A stretch of DNA of 17,594 nt from Longimicrobiales bacterium (GTDB lineage: Bacteria > Gemmatimonadota > Gemmatimonadetes > Longimicrobiales > Gaopeijiaceae). The notes under the pieces were generated by a model that saw only the letters and a program-made list of their open reading frames with translations, ran no database searches and was not told the DNA's origin. Shown here in pieces: positions 1-8,005 of this stretch. Where the stretch lies: NCBI GenBank assembly GCA_965197725.1, contig CBDANQ010000025.1, forward strand, positions 1 through 17,594. The letters are read 5' to 3'. The position numbers and the translations under genes are program-made. Positions within the stretch are counted from its first letter, which is position 1. Each line of letters begins with the position of its first letter.

Positions 1-81
1 GGGACTTACATGGACTTACAGGGTCTTAGCCGAGGTCGCCCCCGGCGAAAACGCTTGTGAATCCGGCGTAGCGGGTCTTAG
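1..81. repeat. Short direct repeats, putative integrase arm-type binding sites
   Basis: GGACTTACA at 2-10 and 12-20, GGGTCTTAG at 21-29 and 73-81. The first three units have a 10-bp period and lie just upstream of a tRNA 3' fragment. Confidence 0.55.
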
Positions 82-106
82 AAGGACCTTGACGGACAAC
101 TCAGAT

Positions 107-162
107 CGGTCTTGAAAACCGGCGGGCGCAAGCCCACGCGGGTTCGAATCCCGCCCCCTCCG
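107..162 (+). pseudogene. 3' half of tRNA-Ser(TGA), probable att-site core of an integrated element lying to the left
   Basis: Anticodon arm CGGT-CTTGAAA-ACCG, long variable arm GGGC-GCAA-GCCC, T arm GCGGG-TTCGAAT-CCCGC, acceptor 3' strand CCCCTCC plus discriminator G. No complementary GGAGGGG 5' strand or D arm upstream. Confidence 0.88.
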
Positions 163-218
163 CTTTTCAAGGTCTGCCCGCACTCGTAGTCACGCGCGGT
201 AATCTGTACCCACCCAGG

Positions 219-262
219 TCGAACCCGCGCGCTCTTCGAAGAAGAACGCCAAGCGGGTTCGA
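219..262. other. Stem-loop downstream of the tRNA fragment
   Basis: TCGAACCCGC (219-228) pairs with GCGGGTTCGA (253-262); inner GCG-c-TCTTC / GAAGA-a-CGC extends the stem. Confidence 0.5.
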
Positions 263-431
263 GCCGAGCGTGCCGAGCTGCTCTCGCGTTTAGCGTCCAG
301 GTCGGCAACCCGCGACGCGGCGGCGCAAAGCGCCGCCCATCCTGCCCCCTCCGTAGTCGTTGCAGCCCGTCCAGCCGAATCACCACATTCCAGCTTTTGA
401 TCGCCGGGGGGAACGGAGAGAGGAGAAGACG

Positions 432-659
432 ATGCCGATCGGTGTCCCCAAGTGGGCGAGGAAACGGCTGCGCGACTACCTCTCGGGGTACCGACGTCTT
501 GAGTGGGACCGTGAGGACATCGAAGAGTGGTTCTCCCGCGAGATGAAGGCACTGACACCGGGCAGCAACGATGCGCTGGGGGTGGAGTCGCAGTTCTCGT
601 TCGAGATGTCAAACCTGTACTCGGCAGAGCGCGTCGTGTTTACGCGGGCGATAGTCTAG
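432..659 (+). CDS. Hypothetical protein (75 aa), probably 3'-truncated
   Basis: ATG at 432 preceded by purine-rich GGAGAGAGGAGAAG. Its stop lies inside the antisense of the DUF1348 fragment. Family not recognised. Confidence 0.45.
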   Translation: MPIGVPKWARKRLRDYLSGYRRLEWDREDIEEWFSREMKALTPGSNDALGVESQFSFEMSNLYSAERVVFTRAIV

Positions 660-784
660 CTCGGACGCCCACTTACGCTTGAGAAACTCCTTGATCGCTT
701 CCCGACCGGTGAAGAATTCGTCTCGATTCCGCCATTGGGAGTCTTCCGTATAGGCCAGGGCGACTCGCTCGGGATCTCGGCTAT
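648..784 (-). pseudogene. DUF1348 / NTF2-SnoaL-like gene, central fragment
   Basis: Translates to (N)[45 protein letters not shown], characteristic of DUF1348. Bounded by the IS21 left end; similarity stops after ELDYR. Confidence 0.88.
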
Positions 785-841
785 TGTTAGCGGCCTTCCA
801 ATATTGCACACATGTGGCCATCGAAAATTGCACACTTGGCG
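785..841 (+). repeat. IS21 left inverted repeat with two IstA-binding repeats
   Basis: CGGCCTTCCAATATTGCACA (791-810) and TGGCCATCGAAAATTGCACA (815-834), 24-bp period. Confidence 0.9.
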
Positions 842-943
842 CTTTGACCTAGCGGGCGGGAGAGTGGGGATGTAGGCACCACCCCGAGCGATCTTCCGGC
901 CGATCCACTCACTTGGCGCCTCCACCGAGAACGTGGAGGTGCA

Positions 944-1972
944 ATGATCGGAAGGGAGAAGCGCGTGCTGCTCCGTCATTACCTCGAGCAGGGGATGAAC
1001 AAGGCGGTGATCGCCCGGGATCTGGGGGTCAGTCGCCGTACCGTGTACCACTGGATAGAGACCGGTCAACTGGACCGGGAGTTGGACGAAGAGCGTGTCG
1101 GGTACGGTCCGAGATGTCTGATGCCGTCGAAGCTGGATCCGTACAAGCCGTTGATCGACACGCGTCTCAAGGAGTACCCGAAGCTCACGGCTGTACGGCT
1201 CTTCAAGGAGGTCCGGGCCGCTGGCTACCCGGGCAGTTACAACCAAGTGAAGCGCTATGTACGCAAGGTCCGGCCTCGACCCCCAGAGGAGCCGGTCGTG
1301 CGCTTCGAGACGGCGCCTGGGCGTCAGGGCCAGGTGGACTTCGCCCACTTCCGGCTACCGTGGGGCAAGCGTTACGCACTAATCGTCGTGCTGGGCTACT
1401 CGAGGCTGCTGTGGGTTCAGTTCTACACCCGGCAGACCATGAAGGCCCTGATGCATGGCCTGGAGTCTTCGTTTTCCTACTTCGGCGGCGTGCCCTCAGA
1501 GCTTCTGTTCGACCAAATGAAGGCGGTCGTCATCGAGGACGGTCGATACGACGATGGTGCCCTCGTCGAGAACCCGGAGTTCATGCGCTACGCCTACCAC
1601 TGGAACTTCAGGATCCGAGCGTGCCGACCCTATCGGGCTCAGACCAAGGGCAAGGTGGAGCGGCCGATCCGCTACCTCAGGGAGAGCTTCTTCTACGGGC
1701 GCACCTTCACGTCGGACGACGATCTCAACGCGCAGGCCCTTCATTGGCTTGAGACGGAAGCCAAGGTGCGCAGCCACGGAACGCTGAAGGAGCGGCCCCT
1801 CGATCGCTTCGAGCGTGAACGACTGCTCCTCGAGCCCTTGGCGACTCGCCCGTATCACCCCCTCGTCCTGCCTCCGGATCGCTCCTCACCCGGCACGACG
1901 TCCTTGCCGGCCATCCACGTCGAGCGACGTCCCCTCACGGCCTATGCCCAGATCGCGGGAGGGGACCGATGA
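944..1972 (+). CDS. istA: IS21 DDE transposase IstA
   Basis: N-terminal HTH (IARDLGVSRRTVYHW), RFETAPGRQGQVDF, LFDQMK, CRPYRAQTKGKVER; RBS GGAGGT. Confidence 0.97.
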   Translation: MIGREKRVLLRHYLEQGMNKAVIARDLGVSRRTVYHWIETGQLDRELDEERVGYGPRCLMPSKLDPYKPLIDTRLKEYPKLTAVRLFKEVRAAGYPGSYNQVKRYVRKVRPRPPEEPVVRFETAPGRQGQVDFAHFRLPWGKRYALIVVLGYSRLLWVQFYTRQTMKALMHGLESSFSYFGGVPSELLFDQMKAVVIEDGRYDDGALVENPEFMRYAYHWNFRIRACRPYRAQTKGKVERPIRYLRESFFYGRTFTSDDDLNAQALHWLETEAKVRSHGTLKERPLDRFERERLLLEPLATRPYHPLVLPPDRSSPGTTSLPAIHVERRPLTAYAQIAGGDR

Positions 1973-2811
1973 AGGCTGCCGCTCGCTCTCGCCGTGACCG
2001 GATCCGAGCCCAGCTCGCCGATCTCAAGATGCCCGGTGCGCTGGAGGCCATCGACGACGTCCTCACCGGGGTCGATGGCGGAGGCGTGACGGCCTCGGAG
2101 GCCATCGAGCAACTCCTCGGTGCCCAGATCACGCTGCGCAACAACCGCCGCCTTCAGGCTGCGATGCGCTCGAGCCGGCTACCGGGCATCAAGACCCTCG
2201 ACGACTTCGACTTCAGCTTCCAGCCCTCGATCAAGCGCGAGCAGATCGACTCGCTCCACGAGCTCGGCTTCTTGGAGCGTAAGGAGAACGTGATCTTCCT
2301 CGGCCCTCCGGGCGTCGGCAAGACGCATCTCGCGATCAGCCTCGCCATTGCCGCGGCTCAGAGCGGGCGCAGAGTCTACTACGGCGCTCTGGCCGACCTC
2401 ATCACCTCGCTCGAAGAAGCCAAGACCACCGGCCAGCTGGGACGCCGCCTCAAGATCCTCACCTATCCTTCGCTCCTGGTCATCGACGAGATCGGCTACC
2501 TGCCGGTCAGCCAGACCGGCGCAATGCTCTTCTTCCAACTCATCAACCGGCGCTATGAGCGCGCATCCACTGTGCTGACCTCCAATAAAGGCTTCGAGGA
2601 GTGGGGCCAGATCTTGGGCGACGAGGTCATGGCCGCTGCGCTCATCGATCGCCTGCTGCATCACTGCCATATCGTCAACATCCGCGGCAGCAGCTACCGG
2701 ATGCGCAAGCACACCGACCTCTCCAAGATCCTCCACTCGCCTCCTGCGGAGTCGAGCCCTTCACCCCCGAAGAGAAAGAGAGCAAGAGCAAAGGAGAAAA
2801 CGACGAACTAG
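1969..2811 (+). CDS. istB: IS21 helper AAA+ ATPase IstB
   Basis: KTLDDFDFSFQP, Walker A GPPGVGKT, Walker B LLVIDEIGY, TSNK, DRLLHH, GSSYR; ATGA overlap with istA. Confidence 0.97.
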   Translation: MKAAARSRRDRIRAQLADLKMPGALEAIDDVLTGVDGGGVTASEAIEQLLGAQITLRNNRRLQAAMRSSRLPGIKTLDDFDFSFQPSIKREQIDSLHELGFLERKENVIFLGPPGVGKTHLAISLAIAAAQSGRRVYYGALADLITSLEEAKTTGQLGRRLKILTYPSLLVIDEIGYLPVSQTGAMLFFQLINRRYERASTVLTSNKGFEEWGQILGDEVMAAALIDRLLHHCHIVNIRGSSYRMRKHTDLSKILHSPPAESSPSPPKRKRARAKEKTTN

Positions 2812-2825
2812 AGGCTCGTCACCTC

Positions 2826-2882
2826 CGCCAAGTGTGCAATTTTCGATGGCCAGACCTGTGCAGCTTTCGATGGCCGTTGACA
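2826..2882 (-). repeat. IS21 right inverted repeat with two IstA-binding repeats
   Basis: TGTGCAATTTTCGATGGCCA (2833-2852) and TGTGCAGCTTTCGATGGCCG (2857-2876), ending TTGACA. Confidence 0.9.
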
Positions 2883-2886
2883 CGAT

Positions 2887-2965
2887 TCCACCCATCCTGC
2901 GCAGCCTTCACCTTGGCGCGGGCCGTCTCTTCAGTGAAGGGGGGGGGGATCAGTTTGTTCGGCAT
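2887..2965 (-). pseudogene. DUF1348 / NTF2-SnoaL-like gene, 5' fragment
   Basis: ATG at 2965 with GGAGAG RBS gives MPNKLIPPPFTEETARAKVKAAQDGW. It joins in frame to NSRDPERV when the IS and one target copy are removed. Not in the ORF track. Confidence 0.88.
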
Positions 2966-2980
2966 CGGTATCTCTCCAGT

Positions 2981-4399
2981 TCATCGGTCGCGTTGTGCCG
3001 GTGAGGTCGAGAGCCCTCGGCCGGTCATACCCGAGGATGTCCAAGACAGCGCCAGGCCCAAGTGCCATGCTATGCCACTCGATGGGTCATCCGCCACGGA
3101 GCGTCCATAGACGGGCATGGCACCCGCAATAGAGGCGTCGACGACGCCACGCGGAATCGAGAGGCGTCGCGCGACCTGCCCGCCCAGCACGCCTGCCGGA
3201 TCGACGCCACCCGTGCTGGAATGCTGCTCCGAGCGGCCGAATCCCAAACTCGTCACCAGCCAGTCGTCGTGGGCCGTCGCGAGCTCGTACACGCCGCCGT
3301 TGACCGCCCATCGCAAGCCAGCTGGGTCCACGGGAGTGCGCCCGATCCGCAACCACTGGGCAGTGCCATCGATGTTCCCGCGATACCGGAAAGCGATCGC
3401 CCCGAGCTGCTCCCAGAGCGCTACGAAGGTCCACGTCTCGAGGCGCGCCGACATCTCCGCGGTCATCTCGTCGACGCCCAGGCTCCACGACCAGCGTGCT
3501 CGGTCCGTATCTCGTCGCACCTCAAGAGCCCACTGCGAGAAGTCGGAGCGACCGAAGAAGAGCTCCCCCGCCCTCGCATCCAGGCGTTCGAACACGCCCG
3601 CGAGATCGGTGTCCTGCTGGCTTCGCCGGAGCGTTACGTCCGTCGCGCCCGCACGTAGGGACACGCTGACCAGGAGCGACTCCAGCGATCCCGCGGGCGA
3701 GAACGTCAAGAACGCGTCGCGATCCACGGGGCTGCGGACGATCGAGCTCCGCTCCCACCTCGCGCGTACCGAGGGACGCACACGGCCCGATGGCCTCGCG
3801 AGCCCGACCTCGACGGCCCAACCGTCGTCGTCGCTCCCGACCGCCGCCGGTGTGACGCTGTCGGTCGGGAGCGCAAGCTCGAGGGCGGGCGTCCGGGCGA
3901 CCCACCGTTCGCCACGGAACGAGTACACGGCGTTTGCTCCCTCGACTCCCACGGAGCCCATCGGCCCGTTCCACCACGCCCCGGTCGCACGGGTCGTGAT
4001 CTTCCCAAGCACGCCGGCGGGCCACCGGAACGAGACCCCGACATCGGGGATCGGCTCGAACAGGGTGCCGAGAAGCGCATCCGCACCGTCCGTGGTCAGG
4101 CCCCGGCCGACGCGAGTCACCCCACCTCGGACCGCGTGTCCGGAGGCGCCGAACCGGCGCCCGACGCGTAGGGACGAGCGCTCCAGCGTGAGGGTACGGG
4201 AGCCCGGCAGGGAGAGAAGCTCGAGGGACGTCCCAAAGCTGGCTGACGCTCGCCCATCGGCGCTCGGCGCCCAGGCGGCGGCTCCCGTCCAGTCCGGTCG
4301 AGATCCGTAACCCAGGTACGTCGTGCTCCAGACATCTAGCAGGCTACCCTGCGCCACGGCGGGCTCCGCAGCCAACCAGAAGAGCACCGGGCTCACCAA
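2981..4399 (-). CDS. Hypothetical exported protein, putative outer-membrane beta-barrel
   Basis: 472-aa ORF with AVA-Q signal-peptidase-like site and many alternating hydrophobic strands ending in aromatics (WAVEVGLAR, WALEVRRD, WSWSLGVD, WHLGLALSW). True start may be GTG 4427 across a frameshift. Confidence 0.65.
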   Translation of the reverse strand: MVSPVLFWLAAEPAVAQGSLLDVWSTTYLGYGSRPDWTGAAAWAPSADGRASASFGTSLELLSLPGSRTLTLERSSLRVGRRFGASGHAVRGGVTRVGRGLTTDGADALLGTLFEPIPDVGVSFRWPAGVLGKITTRATGAWWNGPMGSVGVEGANAVYSFRGERWVARTPALELALPTDSVTPAAVGSDDDGWAVEVGLARPSGRVRPSVRARWERSSIVRSPVDRDAFLTFSPAGSLESLLVSVSLRAGATDVTLRRSQQDTDLAGVFERLDARAGELFFGRSDFSQWALEVRRDTDRARWSWSLGVDEMTAEMSARLETWTFVALWEQLGAIAFRYRGNIDGTAQWLRIGRTPVDPAGLRWAVNGGVYELATAHDDWLVTSLGFGRSEQHSSTGGVDPAGVLGGQVARRLSIPRGVVDASIAGAMPVYGRSVADDPSSGIAWHLGLALSWTSSGMTGRGLSTSPAQRDR

Positions 4400-4447
4400 G
4401 GCCGCCGCCGAGCAGGAAGCGCCTCACGAGCACGCTTTGGACCAAGG

Positions 4448-7400
4448 TCAGTCTTGCTTCGCCATGACCCACTCAAGTCCCGCCCACACGAAGGAGGTGA
4501 TCGTCGTCCCGCCACGCAGACGCCCGAAGGCGTCCGTGCTCGTCCAGCCCAAGATGTCAACCACCGTGGCGGCGCGCTCGACAGAGGGACCGCTGACCGG
4601 GTCCACAAGGGTGAGGCTCAAAACGACGGATATGTCGGGATCACCCGGGGTGGCGGTGTAGGTGCCCTCCCAGCGGCGGAAGTGGGACAGATCCGGAATG
4701 AGGTCCGAATCCGAGTCGGTCCAGAACGTGTACTCAAAAGACGCGTGCATCTCGCCATCGCTTCCCCCAGAGAGCGAGAGGTAGGCGTCCTCCCACCAGA
4801 AGGGCGGGCCAGGGCATAGATTCGGGAAACCCTCCGCGAGGCAGTCTACGCCGCCGACTGTGATGAGCACGTAGTCGCCGCCCACCGGATTCCGCAGGTC
4901 CCAGAAGTCGTCCGTGATCGCAGTCCCTAACGTGCTCTTCAGGTCATCGCTGTCCACGATGTCGGGAAGCACGCCGTTGAACGTGGGATCCGGGAACGTC
5001 CATGAGTCTAAGTCGAGCGCGGTGAAGCGGAAGAATCCACGATCTCCGCCCTCCCCGTCTCCGGCCTTGTATACCTCGTAGCTAGGCAGGACCTCTTTGA
5101 GGTCGGTGATCGGGTCGAGGAAGAATTGGGAGGCGTCGACGGTGATCGTGACGTTGCCGTCGCCGAGATCCTCCGTGATCGTGCGCGGCCCCTCGAGTGT
5201 CCCCTCGATGTCGTCGAGCACATCCCGTGCCTCCGCGATCGTCGGGATCTCCCCGTCCTCGAGCGCCCCCTCACCGACCTTGATGATGTCGTCGCTTTGC
5301 TCATCGCTCTCGGCGGCGAGGAAATCCAGCCCGTCCTGGAGCAGAAAAGCGGCTCTAACGAGACCGGCATGCGCTTTGCCGAGCCGGACGGCTCCGTCGG
5401 GGGCGAGCGTGCCGAACGTGCTACCCGGGGTAAGCGCGGTGACGAACCCGTCCGCACCCCACGCTCCTGGCGTCACCAGGTAGGCTAGTGCCACGTTGGC
5501 AGTGGCGAGCGCGGTCTCCAACGCGGCGCGGAGCGTGAACACCTCCGTCATATCCAGCTCGAGCACGTCGGCCTCGCCTGGATTCTCTCCCTGCATCCGC
5601 TCCGTGATCGCGAAGGTGAACGTGGGGGAGTCGATCGTGCTGAGCACCGTGAGCGCATCCGCCACCGCTGGGATCACGATGTCCCTGATCAAGTCCTGAT
5701 GTTCAGCCAGCGTCGGGGGAAAGTCGACCACCCGTGAGCTCGGCAGCACGATGTCGGTAAGTGTTTCGGCTCGTGTGGCCCGCAGCAGAGCGCTTGCCCC
5801 GAAGTCGGTCGGCAGTGTCGCGCGATTCCACAGTAGAGGCGAGGGGTCCACCAGCGCAGAGACACTTATGAGGTCGTCTGGATCGTGGGAGTCGAGCCAG
5901 CTTTCCCAGTCGTCGGCGGTGGCCCTGAGCACCGGATCGTCTTCGAGCACGAAGATCGTCGTCATGGCCAGGCCGAGCGCCGCAGTCTCGTTGGTCGGAT
6001 CAGCCGTGTAGGCGTCCTCGAAGAGGTCCCGCGCGGTTGCGAACGTGAAGTCGTCGAGAGCCGCGACTTCGCCGATGTTGACCGCCACGTAGAGCGCATC
6101 CTCGAGTGCCACGATGGCGTCGGCGACCGTCATGTCGACGTCGAGCGCCGGCGTAACGTCGATCACCACGCTCGCGCTGTTGTCCGACGGATCGTCGTCC
6201 TGGTCCGCGAGTGGACGCACGAGGGCGGTGTTCGTGAGGCTCTCTCCCGCCGTGCCCGTCGCCGGCAGGGCCGAGAGGATGAGGGCTTGGCGGCTACCTG
6301 CCGGGATCGTCGGGATGGTCCAGACGAGCTCGTCCGGGTCGAAGCTGCCGGCGGTGTGCCCGGCGCTGACGAACGTGAGGCCGGCAGGAAGATCCTCCTC
6401 AACGACGACGTTGGTCGCCTCGTCGGGGCCTGCGTTCAGGACGGTGATCGTGAAGCTGATCTCCTCGCCCTCCCTGATACTCGAAGCGGCGGCGGTCTTC
6501 GTGATGGTGACATCGGCCACCGGTCGGGAGACCTCCACCGAAGCGCTGGCCGTGTTATTGGTCGGGTCGTCCAGCTGATCCATCGACTCGATCGTGGCAG
6601 TGTTGACCAAGGTCTCTCCTGCCGTGCCGCTGGCGATCTCGGCATCCACGACGAGCTCGGCCGAGGCGCCGGTCGCCAGCGCCCCGACGTTCCACTCGCC
6701 GGTCGTATGGTCGTAGCCCCCCGCCGAGGGATCGACCGACACGAAGGTCAAGCCCGCCGGAAGCAGATCGGACACTGTAAGCGCGGTCACGTCTCCCGGG
6801 CCGTGGTTCAGCACCGTAACCGTGAATCGCACGATCTCACCTTCGAAGGCCAAGCTGCGATCGACGTCCTTCACGATGCTGACGTCGCCCTCGGACACGA
6901 ACGACTCGAATGTCTCGCTCTCGGCCGCGGTGAGTCCGGTGGCGGTGGCCCGGAGGCGGTAGAGGCCTGTCCCGTCGAATGTTAGATCGGAAAAGACCGC
7001 GAGGCCGGACTCGGCGTCCACGGTCGTGGTCCCCTGCAGGCCCGCGGCCGAGTGGACCGCCGTGGAGTCGACCGTGACTGCCACGCTCGTGGGCTCACCC
7101 TCGGTGCCCCCAGGGACCGGAGCCGCCGAGGCGAGCTCGGTCACCGCAGCACCGGAAGCGACCTCCGACTCAACGGTCACGGCACCCGTATACGTGAGCA
7201 CGCGATCACCCCTGACATCGAGGATCTCGACGCTGGGTGCGGGCGTGATGGTGTTTCCAACTTTCGTGTCGGTCGGGTGCGCCACGAAGCCCAGCGTGAT
7301 CGGTTCCGCATCGACGACCACATCGATTTCGTCGCTCTCCGGTCCGGCCGCCGCCGTTATGGTGACGGTGCAGGGAAGCAGCGCCTCGAGGAATCCCGAG

Positions 7401-7987
7401 GCATCGACAGTCGCGATCGTCGGATCGCCGCTCGTCCACCGGACCACCGGGCTTGCGTCGGCGCGGCTCGTCTCCACTATCGCATGCAACTGGACACCGG
7501 TTCCCTCCTGGAGCGCCCCAGGATCTTCCACGTCGATCGAGGTGACAGTCAGAACGTCGAGCCCACCCTGATAGACCTCCACCGTCTGCACGTCGGAGCC
7601 CCCAGGGGTCAGCGTGACCGCAGTCTCGCCAGACCACTCGACCACTTCCCCCCCGTCGACGACCGATATCAGCTCGAAGGTCACCAGGACGCTCGGATCG
7701 CTCGGGATGGGGACGGTGAACTCCAGCGTCCACTCGCTGGCGGTGGGGTCGACCTCCACCACCCTGGTCTCGATTACACTCCCGTCGGAGGCTTGCAGGA
7801 CCGTGATTCGGATGCGGCTGATTTCACCGACCGTAGTCGAATTGGAACCACCGGCGAAAACCGGGGCGATCGCCAAAGACGCCATGTTGCTCGGGTAGGC
7901 GGCATCCGTCGGCGAATCCCCGCCGGTGCACGAGAGCCCGAGTAGCGACCCGAGGGTCGCCACGGCTACGTAGATGCTTCGCTTCAT
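4448..7987 (-). CDS. Large acidic lipoprotein with Ig-like (Big_2-like) and two DUF11 domains plus an unrecognised C-terminal region
   Basis: Signal MKRSIYVAVATLGSLLGLS-C (lipobox); VRWTSGDPTIATVDASG; two repeats of K...G..I.FT.TVLN.GP.....V...LPAGLTFVS...W.. Confidence 0.85.
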   Translation of the reverse strand: MKRSIYVAVATLGSLLGLSCTGGDSPTDAAYPSNMASLAIAPVFAGGSNSTTVGEISRIRITVLQASDGSVIETRVVEVDPTASEWTLEFTVPIPSDPSVLVTFELISVVDGGEVVEWSGETAVTLTPGGSDVQTVEVYQGGLDVLTVTSIDVEDPGALQEGTGVQLHAIVETSRADASPVVRWTSGDPTIATVDASGFLEALLPCTVTITAAAGPESDEIDVVVDAEPITLGFVAHPTDTKVGNTITPAPSVEILDVRGDRVLTYTGAVTVESEVASGAAVTELASAAPVPGGTEGEPTSVAVTVDSTAVHSAAGLQGTTTVDAESGLAVFSDLTFDGTGLYRLRATATGLTAAESETFESFVSEGDVSIVKDVDRSLAFEGEIVRFTVTVLNHGPGDVTALTVSDLLPAGLTFVSVDPSAGGYDHTTGEWNVGALATGASAELVVDAEIASGTAGETLVNTATIESMDQLDDPTNNTASASVEVSRPVADVTITKTAAASSIREGEEISFTITVLNAGPDEATNVVVEEDLPAGLTFVSAGHTAGSFDPDELVWTIPTIPAGSRQALILSALPATGTAGESLTNTALVRPLADQDDDPSDNSASVVIDVTPALDVDMTVADAIVALEDALYVAVNIGEVAALDDFTFATARDLFEDAYTADPTNETAALGLAMTTIFVLEDDPVLRATADDWESWLDSHDPDDLISVSALVDPSPLLWNRATLPTDFGASALLRATRAETLTDIVLPSSRVVDFPPTLAEHQDLIRDIVIPAVADALTVLSTIDSPTFTFAITERMQGENPGEADVLELDMTEVFTLRAALETALATANVALAYLVTPGAWGADGFVTALTPGSTFGTLAPDGAVRLGKAHAGLVRAAFLLQDGLDFLAAESDEQSDDIIKVGEGALEDGEIPTIAEARDVLDDIEGTLEGPRTITEDLGDGNVTITVDASQFFLDPITDLKEVLPSYEVYKAGDGEGGDRGFFRFTALDLDSWTFPDPTFNGVLPDIVDSDDLKSTLGTAITDDFWDLRNPVGGDYVLITVGGVDCLAEGFPNLCPGPPFWWEDAYLSLSGGSDGEMHASFEYTFWTDSDSDLIPDLSHFRRWEGTYTATPGDPDISVVLSLTLVDPVSGPSVERAATVVDILGWTSTDAFGRLRGGTTITSFVWAGLEWVMAKQD
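6155..6889 (-). repeat. Two tandem DUF11 domains (about 6530-6889 and 6155-6517)
   Basis: Shared protein motifs TVLNxGP, LPAGLTFVS, GTAGExLxNTA and DQxDDPxxNxAS. Confidence 0.8.
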
Positions 7988-8005
7988 TCTCGAGCCCGTC
8001 TGGGT

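Larger units (their letters stand above)
785..2882 (+). mobile_element. IS21-family insertion sequence, 2098 bp, complete
   Basis: TGT...ACA ends, 57-bp imperfect terminal IRs, istA-istB pair, imperfect 4-bp target duplication CTAT (781-784) / CGAT (2883-2886). Confidence 0.96.

Noticed and set aside
1..30. CRISPR array or iterons
   Set aside because: Units are 9-10 bp with no spacers and no cas or rep gene; the same applies to the repeats at 15379-15438 and 17545-17568.
107..162. Complete tRNA or tRNA-Sec
   Set aside because: The 5' acceptor strand and D arm are missing. Anticodon TGA is Ser; Sec would be TCA.
583..604. Minus-strand SNENCDS as a decayed DUF1348 GNENWEF motif
   Set aside because: It is much closer to ELDYR than expected, the intervening motifs are absent, and the plus strand has a more plausible ORF. 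Probably chance.
609..833. 74-aa ORF as an intact gene
   Set aside because: Its start lies inside the IS21 left IR; only 648-784 is DUF1348-derived.
2939..2948. G10 tract as a phase-variation switch
   Set aside because: It is in frame (I-P-P-P) and lies in a gene already inactivated by the IS and truncation.
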